Of a stretch of DNA of 64,000 nucleotides, positions 1-12,000 are shown piece by piece (the first letter of the stretch is position 1; the number at the start of each line of letters is the position of its first letter). The notes beneath the pieces are model-generated. The model saw only the letters and a program-made list of their open reading frames with translations, ran no database searches and was not told the origin of the DNA. Origin of the DNA: Eledone cirrhosa (taxonomy: Eukaryota); contig OZ024740.1 of assembly GCA_964016885.1 (NCBI GenBank), positions 228,346,001-228,410,000 on the forward strand, written 5' to 3'. The position numbers were made by a program, and so were the translations under genes.

Positions 1-3000
1 GTTGTTGTTGTTGGAGTTAGTGTTGTTGTTGTTGTTAGAGTTAGTGTTGTTGTTGTTGAAGTTAGTGTACTTGCTGTTGGAGGTGGTGTTGTTGTTGTTG
101 GAGTTAGTGTTGTTGTTGTTGTTAAAGTTAGTGTTGTTGTTGTTGAAGTTAGTGTTGTTGTTGTTGGAGTTAGTGTTGTTGTTGTTGGAGTTAGTGTTGT
201 TGTTGTTGTTGGAGTTAGTGTTGTTGTTGTTGGAGTTAGTGTTGTTGTTGGACTTAGTGTTGTTGTTGTTGGAGTTAGTGTTGCTGTTGGAGTTAGTGTT
301 GTTGTTGCTGGAGTTAGTGTTGTTGTTGTTGTTGGAGTTAGTGTTGTTGTTGCTGGAGTTAGTGTTGTTGTTGTTGGAGTTAGTGTTGTTTTTGTTGTTG
401 GAGTTAGTGTTGTTGTTGTTGGAGTTAGTGTTGTTGTTATTGGAGTTAGTGTTGTTGTTGTTGGAGTTAGTGTTGTTGTTGTTGAAGTTAGTGTACTTGC
501 TGTTGGAGGTAGTGTTGTTGTTGTTGGAGTTAGTGTTGTTGTTGTTGTTGGAGTTAGTGTTGTTGTTCTTGAAGTTAGTGTACTTGCTGTTGGAGGTAGT
601 GTTGTTGTTGTTGGAGTTAGTGTTGTTGTTGTTGTTGGAGTTAGTGTTGTTGTTGTTGGAGTTAGTGTTGTTGTTCTTGAAGTTAGTGTACTTGCTGTTG
701 GAGGTAGTGTTGTTGTTGTTGGAGTTAGTGTTGTTGTTGTTGTTGGAGTTAGTGTTGTTGTTGTTGAAGTTAGTGTACTTGCTGTTGGAGGTAGTGTTGT
801 TGTTGTTGGAGTTAGTGTTGTTGTTGTTGTTGGAGTTAGTGTTGTTGTTGTTGAAGGTAGTGTACTTGCTGTTGGAGGAAGTGTTGTTGTTGTTGGAGTT
901 AGTGTTGTTGTTGTTGTTGGAGTTAGTGTTGTTGTTGTTGGAGTTAGTGTTGTTGTTGTTGTTAGAGTTAGTGTTGTTGTTGTTGTTGAAGTTATTGTAC
1001 TTGCTGTTGGAGGTAGTGTTGTTGTTGTTGGAGTTAGTGTTGTTGTTGTTGTTAGAGTTAGTGTTGTTGTTGTTGAAGTTAGTGTTGTTGTTGTTGGAGT
1101 TAGTGTTGTTGTTGTTGGAGTTAGTGTTGTTGTTGTTGTTGGAGTTAGTGTTATTGTTGTTGGAGTTAGTGTTGTTGTTGTTGGACTTAGTGTTGTTGTT
1201 GTTGGAGTTAGTGTTGTTGTTGTTGGAGTTAGTGTTGTTGTTGTTGGAGTTAGTGTTGCTGTTGCTGGAGATAGTGTTGTTGTTGTTGGAGTTAGTGTTG
1301 TTGTTGTTGTTGGAGTTAGTGTTGTTGTTGTTGGAGTTAGTGTTGTTGCTGTTGGAGTTAGTGTTGTTGTTGTTGGAGTTAGTGTTGTTGTTGCTGTTGG
1401 AGTTAGTGTTGTTGTTGCTGGAGTCAGTGTTGTTGTTGTTGGAGTTAGTGTTGTTGTTGTTGGAGTTAGTGTTGTTGTTGCTGGAGTTAGTGTTGTTGTT
1501 GTTGGAGTTAGTGTTGTTGTTGTTGGAGTTAGTGTTGTTGTTGCTGGAGTTAGTCTTGTTGTTGTTGGAGTTAGTGTTGTTGTTGTTGGAGTTAGTCTTG
1601 TTGTTGTTGGAGTTAGTGTTGTTGTTGTTGGAGTTAGTGTTGTTGTTGTTGGAGTTAGTGTTGTTGTTGTTGGAGTTAGTGTTGTTGTTGTTGTTGGAGT
1701 TAGTGTTGTTGTTGTTGGAGTTAGTGTTGTTGTTGTTGTTAGAGTTAGTGTTGTTGTTGTTGAAGTTAGTGTACTTGCTGTCGGAGGTAGTGTTGTTGTT
1801 GTTGGAGTTAGTGTTGTTGTTGTTGTTAGAGTTAGTGTTGTTGTTGTTGAAGTTAGTGTTGTTGTTGTTGGAGTTAGTGTTGTTGTTGTTGGAGTTAGTG
1901 TTGTTGTTGTTGGAGTTAGTGTTGTTGTTGTTGGAGTTAGTGTTGTTGTTGTTGGAGTTAGTGTTGTTGTTGTTGAAGTTAGTGTACTTGCTGTTGGAGG
2001 TAGTGTTGTTGTTGTTGGAGTTAGTGTTGTTGTTGCTGTTGGAGTTAGTGTTGTTGTTGCTGGAGTTAGTGTTGTTGTTGTTGGAGTCAGTGTTGTTGTT
2101 GGAGTTAGTGTTGTTGTTGCTGGAGTTAGTGTTGTTGTTGTTGTTGGAGTTAGTGTTGTTGTTGCTGGAGTTAGTGTTGTTGTTGTTGGAGTTAGTGTTG
2201 TTGTTGTTGTTGGAGTTATTGTTGTTGTTGTTGGAGTTAGTGTTGTTGTTGTTGGAGTTAGTGTTGTTGTTGTTGAAGTTAGTGTACTTGCTGTTGGAGG
2301 TAGTGTTGTTGTTGTTGGAGTTAGTGTTGTTGTTGTTGTTGGAGTTAGTGTTGTTGTTGTTGTTGGAGTTAGTGTTGTTCTTGAAGTTAGTGTACTTGCT
2401 GTTGGAGGTAGTGTTGTTGTTGTTGGAGTTAGTGTTGTTGTTGTTGTTGGAGTTAGTGTTGTTGTTGTTGAAGTTAGTGTACTTGCTGTTGGAGGTAGTG
2501 TTGTTGTTGTTGAAGTTAGTGTACTTGCTGTTGGAGGAAGTGTTGTTGTTGTTGGAGTTAGTGTTGTTGTTGTTGTTGGAGTTAGTGTTGTTGTTGTTGT
2601 TAGAGTTAGTGTTGTTGTTGTTGAAGTTAGTGTACTTGCTGTTGGAGGTGGTGTTGTTGTTGTTGGAGTTAGTGTTGTTGTTGTTGTTAAAGTTAGTGTT
2701 GTTGTTGTTGAAGTTAGTGTTGTTGTTGTTGGAGTTAGTGTTGTTGTTGTTGGAGTTAGTGTTGTTGTTGTTGTTGGAGTTAGTGTTGTTGTTGTTGGAG
2801 TTAGTGTTGTTGTTGGACTTAGTGTTGTTGTTGTTGGAGTTAGTGTTGCTGTTGGAGTTAGTGTTGTTGTTGCTGGAGTTAGTGTTGTTGTTGTTGTTGG
2901 AGTTAGTGTTGTTGTTGCTGGAGTTAGTGTTGTTGTTGTTGGAGTTAGTGTTGTTTTTGTTGTTGGAGTTAGTGTTGTTGTTGTTGGAGTTAGTGTTGTT

Positions 3001-6000
3001 GTTATTGGAGTTAGTGTTGTTGTTGTTGGAGTTAGTGTTGTTGTTGTTGAAGTTAGTGTACTTGCTGTTGGAGGTAGTGTTGTTGTTGTTGGAGTTAGTG
3101 TTGTTGTTGTTGTTGGAGTTAGTGTTGTTGTTCTTGAAGTTAGTGTACTTGCTGTTGGAGGTAGTGTTGTTGTTGTTGGAGTTAGTGTTGTTGTTGTTGT
3201 TGGAGTTAGTGTTGTTGTTGTTGGAGTTAGTGTTGTTGTTCTTGAAGTTAGTGTACTTGCTGTTGGAGGTAGTGTTGTTGTTGTTGGAGTTAGTGTTGTT
3301 GTTGTTGTTGGAGTTAGTGTTGTTGTTGTTGAAGTTAGTGTACTTGCTGTTGGAGGTAGTGTTGTTGTTGTTGGAGTTAGTGTTGTTGTTGTTGTTGGAG
3401 TTAGTGTTGTTGTTGTTGAAGGTAGTGTACTTGCTGTTGGAGGAAGTGTTGTTGTTGTTGGAGTTAGTGTTGTTGTTGTTGTTGGAGTTAGTGTTGTTGT
3501 TGTTGGAGTTAGTGTTGTTGTTGTTGGAGTTAGTGTTGTTGTTGTTGGAGTTAGTGTTGTTGTTGCTGTTGGAGTTAGTGTTGTTGTTGCTGGAGTTAGT
3601 GTTGTTGTTGGAATTAGTGTTGTTGTTGTTGGAGTTAGTGTTGTTGTTGTTGGAGTTAGTGTTGTTGTTGTTGGAGTTAGTGTTGTTGTTGTTGGAGTTA
3701 GTGTTGTTGTTGTTGTTGGAGTTAGTGTTGTTGTTGTTGGAGTTAGTGTTGTTGTTGTTGTTGGAGTTAGTGTTGTTGTTGTTGGAATTAGTGTTGTTGT
3801 TGTTGGAGTTAGTGTTGTTGTTGCTGTTGGAGTTAGTGTTGTTGTTGCTGGAGTTAGTGTTGTTGTTGTTGGAGTTAGTGTTGTTGTTGTTGGAGTTAGT
3901 GTTGTTGTTGTTGGAGTTAGTGTTGTTGTTGTTGGAGTTAGTGTTGTTGTTGTTGTTGGAGTTAGTGTTGTTGTTGTTGTTGGAGTTAGTGTTGTTGTTG
4001 TTGGAGTTAGTGTTGTTGTTGTTGGAGTTAGTGTTGTTGTTGTTGGAGTTAGTGTTGTTGTTGCTGTTGGAGTTAGTGTTGTTGTTGCTGGACTTAGTGT
4101 TGTTGTTGTTGGAGTTAGTGTTTTTGTTTTTGGAGTTAGTGTTGTTGTTGTTGGAGTTAGTGTTGTTGTTGTTGGAGTTAGTGTTGTTGTTGTTGGAGTT
4201 AGTGTTGTTGTTGTTGTTGGAGTTAGTGTTGTTGTTGTTGGAGTTAGTGTTGTTGTTGTTGGAGTTAGTGTTGTTGTTGTTGGAGTTAGTGTTGCTGTTG
4301 CTGGAGTTAGTGTTGTTGTTGTTGGAGTTAGTGTTGTTGTTGTTGTTGGAGTTAGTGTTGTTGTTGTTGGAGTTAGTGTTGTTGCTGTTGGAGTTAGTGT
4401 TGTTGTTGTTGGAGTTAGTGTTGTTGTTGCTGTTGGAGTTAGTGTTGTTGTTGCTGGAGTCAGTGTTGTTGTTGTTGGAGTTAGTGTTGTTGTTGTTGGA
4501 GTTAGTGTTGTTGTTGCTGGAGTTAGTGTTGTTGTTGTTGGAGTTAGTGTTGTTGTTGTTGGAGTTAGTGTTGTTGTTGCTGGAGTTAGTCTTGTTGTTG
4601 TTGGAGTTAGTGTTGTTGTTGTTGGAGTTAGTCTTGTTGTTGTTGGAGTTAGTGTTGTTGTTGTTGGAGTTAGTGTTGTTGTTGTTGGAGTTAGTGTTGT
4701 TGTTGTTGGAGTTAGTGTTGTTGTTGTTGTTGGAGTTAGTGTTGTTGTTGTTGGAGTTAGTGTTGTTGTTGTTGTTAGAGTTAGTGTTGTTGTTGTTGAA
4801 GTTAGTGTACTTGCTGTCGGAGGTAGTGTTGTTGTTGTTGGAGTTAGTGTTGTTGTTGTTGTTAGAGTTAGTGTTGTTGTTGTTGAAGTTAGTGTTGTTG
4901 TTGTTGGAGTTAGTGTTGTTGTTGTTGGAGTTAGTGTTGTTGTTGTTGGAGTTAGTGTTGTTGTTGTTGGAGTTAGTGTTGTTGTTGTTGGAGTTAGTGT
5001 TGTTGTTGTTGAAGTTAGTGTACTTGCTGTTGGAGGTAGTGTTGTTGTTGTTGGAGTTAGTGTTGTTGTTGCTGTTGGAGTTAGTGTTGTTGTTGCTGGA
5101 GTTAGTGTTGTTGTTGTTGGAGTCAGTGTTGTTGTTGGAGTTAGTGTTGTTGTTGCTGGAGTTAGTGTTGTTGTTGTTGTTGGAGTTAGTGTTGTTGTTG
5201 CTGGAGTTAGTGTTGTTGTTGTTGGAGTTAGTGTTGTTGTTGTTGTTGGAGTTATTGTTGTTGTTGTTGGAGTTAGTGTTGTTGTTGTTGGAGTTAGTGT
5301 TGTTGTTGTTGAAGTTAGTGTACTTGCTGTTGGAGGTAGTGTTGTTGTTGTTGGAGTTAGTGTTGTTGTTGTTGTTGGAGTTAGTGTTGTTGTTGTTGGA
5401 GTTAGTGTTGTTGTTGTTGGAGTTAGTGTTGTTGTTGTTGGAGTTAGTGTTGTTGTTGTTGGAGTTAGTGTTGTTGTTGTTGGAGTTAGTGTTGTTGTTG
5501 CAGTTGGAGTCAGTGTTGTTGTTGCTGGAGTTAGTGTTGTTGTTGTTGGAGTTAGTGTTGTTGTTTTTGGAGTTAGTGTTGTTGTTGTTGGAGTTAGTGT
5601 TGTTGTTGTTGGAGTTAGTGTTGTTGTTGTTGTTGGAGTTAGTGTTGTTGTTGTTGGAGTTAGTGTTGTTGTTGTTGGAGTTAGTGTTGTTGTTGTTGGA
5701 GTTAGTGTTGTTGTTGCTGGAGTTAGTGTTGTTGTTCTTGAAGTTAGTGTACTTGCTGTTGGAGGTAGTGTTGTTGTTGCTGGAGTTAGTGATGTTGTTG
5801 TTGTTGGAGTTAGTGTTGTTGTTGGAGTTAGTGTTGTTGTTGTTGTTGTTAGTGTTGTTGTTGTTGGAGTTAGTGTTGTTGTTGCTGGAGTTAGTGTTGT
5901 TGTTGTTGGAGTTAGTGTTGTTGTTGTTGTTGGAGTTAGTGTTGTTGTTGTTGGAGTTAGTGTTGTTGTTGTTGGAGTTAGTGTTGTTGTTGTTGGAGTT

Positions 6001-9000
6001 AGTGTTGTTGTTGCTGTTGGAGTTAGTGTTGTTGTTGCTGGAGTTAGTGTTGTTGTTGGAATTAGTGTTGTTGTTGTTGGAGTTAGTGTTGTTGTTGTTG
6101 GAGTTAGTGTTGTTGTTGTTGGAGTTAGTGTTGTTGTTGTTGGAGTTAGTGTTGTTGTTGTTGTTGGAGTTAGTGTTGTTGTTGTTGGAGTTAGTGTTGT
6201 TGTTGTTGTTGGAGTTAGTGTTGTTGTTGTTGGAATTAGTGTTGTTGTTGTTGGAGTTAGTGTTGTTGTTGCTGTTGGAGTTAGTGTTGTTGTTGCTGGA
6301 GTTAGTGTTGTTGTTGTTGGAGTTAGTGTTGTTGTTGTTGGAGTTAGTGTTGTTGTTGTTGGAGTTAGTGTTGTTGTTGTTGGAGTTAGTGTTGTTGTTG
6401 TTGTTGGAGTTAGTGTTGTTGTTGTTGTTGGAGTTAGTGTTGTTGTTGTTGGAGTTAGTGTTGTTGTTGTTGGAGTTAGTGTTGTTGTTGTTGGAGTTAG
6501 TGTTGTTGTTGCTGTTGGAGTTAGTGTTGTTGTTGCTGGACTTAGTGTTGTTGTTGTTGGAGTTAGTGTTTTTGTTTTTGGAGTTAGTGTTGTTGTTGTT
6601 GGAGTTAGTGTTGTTGTTGTTGGAGTTAGTGTTGTTGTTGTTGGAGTTAGTGTTGTTGTTGTTGTTGGAGTTAGTGTTGTTGTTGTTGGAGTTAGTGTTG
6701 TTGTTGTTGGAGTTAGTGTTGTTGTTGTTGGAGTTAGTGTTGCTGTTGCTGGAGTTAGTGTTGTTGTTGTTGGAGTTAGTGTTGTTGTTGTTGTTGGAGT
6801 TAGTGTTGTTGTTGTTGGAGTTAGTGTTGTTGCTGTTGGAGTTAGTGTTGTTGTTGTTGGAGTTAGTGTTGTTGTTGCTGTTGGAGTTAGTGTTGTTGTT
6901 GCTGGAGTCAGTGTTGTTGTTGTTGGAGTTAGTGTTGTTGTTGTTGGAGTTAGTGTTGTTGTTGCTGGAGTTAGTGTTGTTGTTGTTGGAGTTAGTGTTG
7001 TTGTTGTTGGAGTTAGTGTTGTTGTTGCTGGAGTTAGTCTTGTTGTTGTTGGAGTTAGTGTTGTTGTTGTTGGAGTTAGTCTTGTTGTTGTTGGAGTTAG
7101 TGTTGTTGTTGTTGGAGTTAGTGTTGTTGTTGTTGGAGTTAGTGTTGTTGTTGTTGGAGTTAGTGTTGTTGTTGTTGTTGGAGTTAGTGTTGTTGTTGTT
7201 GGAGTTAGTGTTGTTGTTGTTAGAGTTAGTGTTGTTGTTGTTGAAGTTAGTGTACTTGCTGTCGGAGGTAGTGTTGTTGTTGTTGGAGTTAGTGTTGTTG
7301 TTGTTGTTAGAGTTAGTGTTGTTGTTGTTGAAGTTAGTGTTGTTGTTGTTGGAGTTAGTGTTGTTGTTGTTGGAGTTAGTGTTGTTGTTGTTGGAGTTAG
7401 TGTTGTTGTTGTTGGAGTTAGTGTTGTTGTTGTTGGAGTTAGTGTTGTTGTTGTTGAAGTTAGTGTACTTGCTGTTGGAGGTAGTGTTGTTGTTGTTGGA
7501 GTTAGTGTTGTTGTTGCTGTTGGAGTTAGTGTTGTTGTTGCTGGAGTTAGTGTTGTTGTTGTTGGAGTCAGTGTTGTTGTTGGAGTTAGTGTTGTTGTTG
7601 CTGGAGTTAGTGTTGTTGTTGTTGTTGGAGTTAGTGTTGTTGTTGCTGGAGTTAGTGTTGTTGTTGTTGGAGTTAGTGTTGTTGTTGTTGTTGGAGTTAT
7701 TGTTGTTGTTGTTGGAGTTAGTGTTGTTGTTGTTGGAGTTAGTGTTGTTGTTGTTGAAGTTAGTGTACTTGCTGTTGGAGGTAGTGTTGTTGTTGTTGGA
7801 GTTAGTGTTGTTGTTGTTGTTGGAGTTAGTGTTGTTGTTGTTGTTGGAGTTAGTGTTGTTCTTGAAGTTAGTGTACTTGCTGTTGGAGGTAGTGTTGTTG
7901 TTGTTGGAGTTAGTGTTGTTGTTGTTGTTGGAGTTAGTGTTGTTGTTGTTGAAGTTAGTGTACTTGCTGTTGGAGGTAGTGTTGTTGTTGTTGAAGTTAG
8001 TGTACTTGCTGTTGGAGGAAGTGTTGTTGTTGTTGGAGTTAGTGTTGTTGTTGTTGTTGGAGTTAGTGTTGTTGTTGTTGTTAGAGTTAGTGTTGTTGTT
8101 GTTGAAGTTAGTGTACTTGCTGTTGGAGGTGGTGTTGTTGTTGTTGGAGTTAGTGTTGTTGTTGTTGTTAAAGTTAGTGTTGTTGTTGTTGAAGTTAGTG
8201 TTGTTGTTGTTGGAGTTAGTGTTGTTGTTGTTGGAGTTAGTGTTGTTGTTGTTGTTGGAGTTAGTGTTGTTGTTGTTGGAGTTAGTGTTGTTGTTGGACT
8301 TAGTGTTGTTGTTGTTGGAGTTAGTGTTGCTGTTGGAGTTAGTGTTGTTGTTGCTGGAGTTAGTGTTGTTGTTGTTGTTGGAGTTAGTGTTGTTGTTGCT
8401 GGAGTTAGTGTTGTTGTTGTTGGAGTTAGTGTTGTTTTTGTTGTTGGAGTTAGTGTTGTTGTTGTTGGAGTTAGTGTTGTTGTTATTGGAGTTAGTGTTG
8501 TTGTTGTTGGAGTTAGTGTTGTTGTTGTTGAAGTTAGTGTACTTGCTGTTGGAGGTAGTGTTGTTGTTGTTGGAGTTAGTGTTGTTGTTGTTGTTGGAGT
8601 TAGTGTTGTTGTTCTTGAAGTTAGTGTACTTGCTGTTGGAGGTAGTGTTGTTGTTGTTGGAGTTAGTGTTGTTGTTGTTGTTGGAGTTAGTGTTGTTGTT
8701 GTTGGAGTTAGTGTTGTTGTTCTTGAAGTTAGTGTACTTGCTGTTGGAGGTAGTGTTGTTGTTGTTGGAGTTAGTGTTGTTGTTGTTGTTGGAGTTAGTG
8801 TTGTTGTTGTTGAAGTTAGTGTACTTGCTGTTGGAGGTAGTGTTGTTGTTGTTGGAGTTAGTGTTGTTGTTGTTGTTGGAGTTAGTGTTGTTGTTGTTGA
8901 AGGTAGTGTACTTGCTGTTGGAGGAAGTGTTGTTGTTGTTGGAGTTAGTGTTGTTGTTGTTGTTGGAGTTAGTGTTGTTGTTGTTGGAGTTAGTGTTGTT

Positions 9001-12000
9001 GTTGTTGTTAGAGTTAGTGTTGTTGTTGTTGTTGAAGTTATTGTACTTGCTGTTGGAGGTAGTGTTGTTGTTGTTGGAGTTAGTGTTGTTGTTGTTGTTA
9101 GAGTTAGTGTTGTTGTTGTTGAAGTTAGTGTTGTTGTTGTTGGAGTTAGTGTTGTTGTTGTTGGAGTTAGTGTTGTTGTTGTTGTTGGAGTTAGTGTTAT
9201 TGTTGTTGGAGTTAGTGTTGTTGTTGTTGGACTTAGTGTTGTTGTTGTTGGAGTTAGTGTTGTTGTTGTTGGAGTTAGTGTTGTTGTTGTTGGAGTTAGT
9301 GTTGCTGTTGCTGGAGATAGTGTTGTTGTTGTTGGAGTTAGTGTTGTTGTTGTTGTTGGAGTTAGTGTTGTTGTTGTTGGAGTTAGTGTTGTTGCTGTTG
9401 GAGTTAGTGTTGTTGTTGTTGGAGTTAGTGTTGTTGTTGCTGTTGGAGTTAGTGTTGTTGTTGCTGGAGTCAGTGTTGTTGTTGTTGGAGTTAGTGTTGT
9501 TGTTGTTGGAGTTAGTGTTGTTGTTGCTGGAGTTAGTGTTGTTGTTGTTGGAGTTAGTGTTGTTGTTGTTGGAGTTAGTGTTGTTGTTGCTGGAGTTAGT
9601 CTTGTTGTTGTTGGAGTTAGTGTTGTTGTTGTTGGAGTTAGTCTTGTTGTTGTTGGAGTTAGTGTTGTTGTTGTTGGAGTTAGTGTTGTTGTTGTTGGAG
9701 TTAGTGTTGTTGTTGTTGGAGTTAGTGTTGTTGTTGTTGTTGGAGTTAGTGTTGTTGTTGTTGGAGTTAGTGTTGTTGTTGTTGTTAGAGTTAGTGTTGT
9801 TGTTGTTGAAGTTAGTGTACTTGCTGTCGGAGGTAGTGTTGTTGTTGTTGGAGTTAGTGTTGTTGTTGTTGTTAGAGTTAGTGTTGTTGTTGTTGAAGTT
9901 AGTGTTGTTGTTGTTGGAGTTAGTGTTGTTGTTGTTGGAGTTAGTGTTGTTGTTGTTGGAGTTAGTGTTGTTGTTGTTGGAGTTAGTGTTGTTGTTGTTG
10001 GAGTTAGTGTTGTTGTTGTTGAAGTTAGTGTACTTGCTGTTGGAGGTAGTGTTGTTGTTGTTGGAGTTAGTGTTGTTGTTGCTGTTGGAGTTAGTGTTGT
10101 TGTTGCTGGAGTTAGTGTTGTTGTTGTTGGAGTCAGTGTTGTTGTTGGAGTTAGTGTTGTTGTTGCTGGAGTTAGTGTTGTTGTTGTTGTTGGAGTTAGT
10201 GTTGTTGTTGCTGGAGTTAGTGTTGTTGTTGTTGGAGTTAGTGTTGTTGTTGTTGTTGGAGTTATTGTTGTTGTTGTTGGAGTTAGTGTTGTTGTTGTTG
10301 GAGTTAGTGTTGTTGTTGTTGAAGTTAGTGTACTTGCTGTTGGAGGTAGTGTTGTTGTTGTTGGAGTTAGTGTTGTTGTTGTTGTTGGAGTTAGTGTTGT
10401 TGTTGTTGTTGGAGTTAGTGTTGTTCTTGAAGTTAGTGTACTTGCTGTTGGAGGTAGTGTTGTTGTTGTTGGAGTTAGTGTTGTTGTTGTTGTTGGAGTT
10501 AGTGTTGTTGTTGTTGAAGTTAGTGTACTTGCTGTTGGAGGTAGTGTTGTTGTTGTTGAAGTTAGTGTACTTGCTGTTGGAGGAAGTGTTGTTGTTGTTG
10601 GAGTTAGTGTTGTTGTTGTTGTTGGAGTTAGTGTTGTTGTTGTTGTTAGAGTTAGTGTTGTTGTTGTTGAAGTTAGTGTACTTGCTGTTGGAGGTGGTGT
10701 TGTTGTTGTTGGAGTTAGTGTTGTTGTTGTTGTTAAAGTTAGTGTTGTTGTTGTTGAAGTTAGTGTTGTTGTTGTTGGAGTTAGTGTTGTTGTTGTTGGA
10801 GTTAGTGTTGTTGTTGTTGTTGGAGTTAGTGTTGTTGTTGTTGGAGTTAGTGTTGTTGTTGGACTTAGTGTTGTTGTTGTTGGAGTTAGTGTTGCTGTTG
10901 GAGTTAGTGTTGTTGTTGCTGGAGTTAGTGTTGTTGTTGTTGTTGGAGTTAGTGTTGTTGTTGCTGGAGTTAGTGTTGTTGTTGTTGGAGTTAGTGTTGT
11001 TTTTGTTGTTGGAGTTAGTGTTGTTGTTGTTGGAGTTAGTGTTGTTGTTATTGGAGTTAGTGTTGTTGTTGTTGGAGTTAGTGTTGTTGTTGTTGAAGTT
11101 AGTGTACTTGCTGTTGGAGGTAGTGTTGTTGTTGTTGGAGTTAGTGTTGTTGTTGTTGTTGGAGTTAGTGTTGTTGTTCTTGAAGTTAGTGTACTTGCTG
11201 TTGGAGGTAGTGTTGTTGTTGTTGGAGTTAGTGTTGTTGTTGTTGTTGGAGTTAGTGTTGTTGTTGTTGGAGTTAGTGTTGTTGTTCTTGAAGTTAGTGT
11301 ACTTGCTGTTGGAGGTAGTGTTGTTGTTGTTGGAGTTAGTGTTGTTGTTGTTGTTGGAGTTAGTGTTGTTGTTGTTGAAGTTAGTGTACTTGCTGTTGGA
11401 GGTAGTGTTGTTGTTGTTGGAGTTAGTGTTGTTGTTGTTGTTGGAGTTAGTGTTGTTGTTGTTGAAGGTAGTGTACTTGCTGTTGGAGGAAGTGTTGTTG
11501 TTGTTGGAGTTAGTGTTGTTGTTGTTGTTGGAGTTAGTGTTGTTGTTGTTGGAGTTAGTGTTGTTGTTGTTGTTAGAGTTAGTGTTGTTGTTGTTGTTGA
11601 AGTTATTGTACTTGCTGTTGGAGGTAGTGTTGTTGTTGTTGGAGTTAGTGTTGTTGTTGTTGTTAGAGTTAGTGTTGTTGTTGTTGAAGTTAGTGTTGTT
11701 GTTGTTGGAGTTAGTGTTGTTGTTGTTGGAGTTAGTGTTGTTGTTGTTGTTGGAGTTAGTGTTATTGTTGTTGGAGTTAGTGTTGTTGTTGTTGGACTTA
11801 GTGTTGTTGTTGTTGTTGGAGTTAGTGTTGTTGTTGTTGGAGTTAGTGTTGTTGTTGTTGGAGTTAGTATTGTTGTTGTTGGAGTTAGTGTTGTTGTTGT
11901 TGTTGGAGTTAGTGTTGTTGTTGTTGGAGTTAGTGTTGTTGTTGTTGGAGTTAGTGTTGTTGTTGTTGTTGGAGTTAGTGTTGTTGTTGTTGGAGTTAGT